Origin: Azolla caroliniana
Taxonomy: Eukaryota; Plantae; Polypodiophyta
Length of the DNA stretch: 64,000 nucleotides
Assembly (NCBI GenBank): GCA_043228905.1
Contig: JBHGNT010000020.1
Coordinates: forward strand, 3,286,001-3,350,000
Direction: 5' to 3'
Position 1 is the stretch's first letter; each line of letters opens with the position of its first letter. The translations under genes and the position numbers were made by a program. The notes under the pieces are model-generated. The model was given only the letters and a program-made list of their open reading frames with translations, was not told the origin of the DNA and did no database searches. Of the stretch, positions 63,143-64,000 are shown in pieces.

Positions 63143-64000
63143 ATTCGGTATCCTCACCGTAACCGGCCGGTTCCTCAGTGCTAACCGGTCTCTTGCCGGT
63201 TGGGTCTGTTCATCGTAGAATCGATCCTTACCGGTCGACTCGGAGTTCATTATCTTCTTCTCCAACTCCCAGTTGGCGAGCGTCTTGTCCTCCATGAAGA
63301 TAATATCTCGACTCCGGAATACCTTCTTGTCGACAAGGTCCCACACTTGGTAGCCTAACTCATCGTCGCCGTAACCGAGGAATATGCATGGCCGGGTCTT
63401 TGGATCTAACTTTCCTCTCTGGTCCTTAGCTACATGCACGTACGCAAGACACCGGAATACCTTCAGATGCCGGTAGCGCACATCCTTACCTATCCAGACT
63501 CTCTGCGGCGTGTCCCTGTCCAAGGGTACTGAGGTTAATCTGTTTATCACATATGTCGTCGTCGACAATGCCTCAGCCCAAAACGTCTTGGGTAATTTTG
63601 CATGTGCTAGGATACTCAGGACCCTCTCCATTATGGTCTGGTTCATCCTCTTGGCCAGCCTGTTTAGTTCCGACGTCTTCGGCACGGTAAATTCGATCCG
63701 GATTCCCTTCGAGCGTCAGTGCTCCTCGAACTGCCCCTGGTATTCTCCTTCGTTATCTGCTCGAACCGCCTTCAGCTTCCGGCCGGTTTCTCTTTCCACT
63801 CTCGCCTAGAGCTCTATGAAGACGGATAACACCTGATCCTTCGTCTTCAACGGTGTGGCCCACAGCTTCCGGCTGTGGTCATCTATGAACATCACGAAGT
63901 ACTGCGATCCGGCATGTGACTTCATGTCCACTTGACACACATCAGTATGCACCAACTCCAGTGGTGCATTACGTCTCATCGGTGGCCTCAATCGGAAGGA

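Larger units (their letters stand above)
60552..64000 (-). mobile_element. Copia family E (Tnt1/Tork-like), 3' LTR truncated, 5' end beyond the window
   Basis: PPT GAAGGGGGAGTT next to TGTTAGG at 60614. [66 protein letters not shown]. Confidence 0.92.

Overview
Land-plant nuclear DNA, probably a fern. This is inferred from PLS-E PPR relics, TTTAGGG telomere repeats and a Tcn1-like gag relic; it is not proven. Most of the window is nested, decayed retrotransposons (Athila-like Gypsy, several Copia families, L1, hAT). These sit in a tandemly amplified, repeatedly rearranged unit: [PPR pseudogene - Gypsy C - small secreted Pro-rich gene - Tcn1-like relic - Copia D(-)/Copia B(+) with Gypsy A inserted]. 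At least four iterations are visible and a fifth is implied upstream. The only apparently intact host gene is an 82-aa secreted Pro/Ser/Thr-rich peptide gene in three near-identical copies. Most notable oddities: (1) a tRNA-Arg-like 3' end with CCA (an inverted PBS) where the Gypsy A polypurine tract should be; (2) a telomerase-type repair scar; (3) a tRNA-like Pol III module inside a solo LTR; (4) a 10-bp stem enclosing the PPT in several Copia families; (5) a ~900-codon extra ORF whose N-terminal domain is shared by two Gypsy families. All coordinates and counts were read by eye, and family letters are my own labels.
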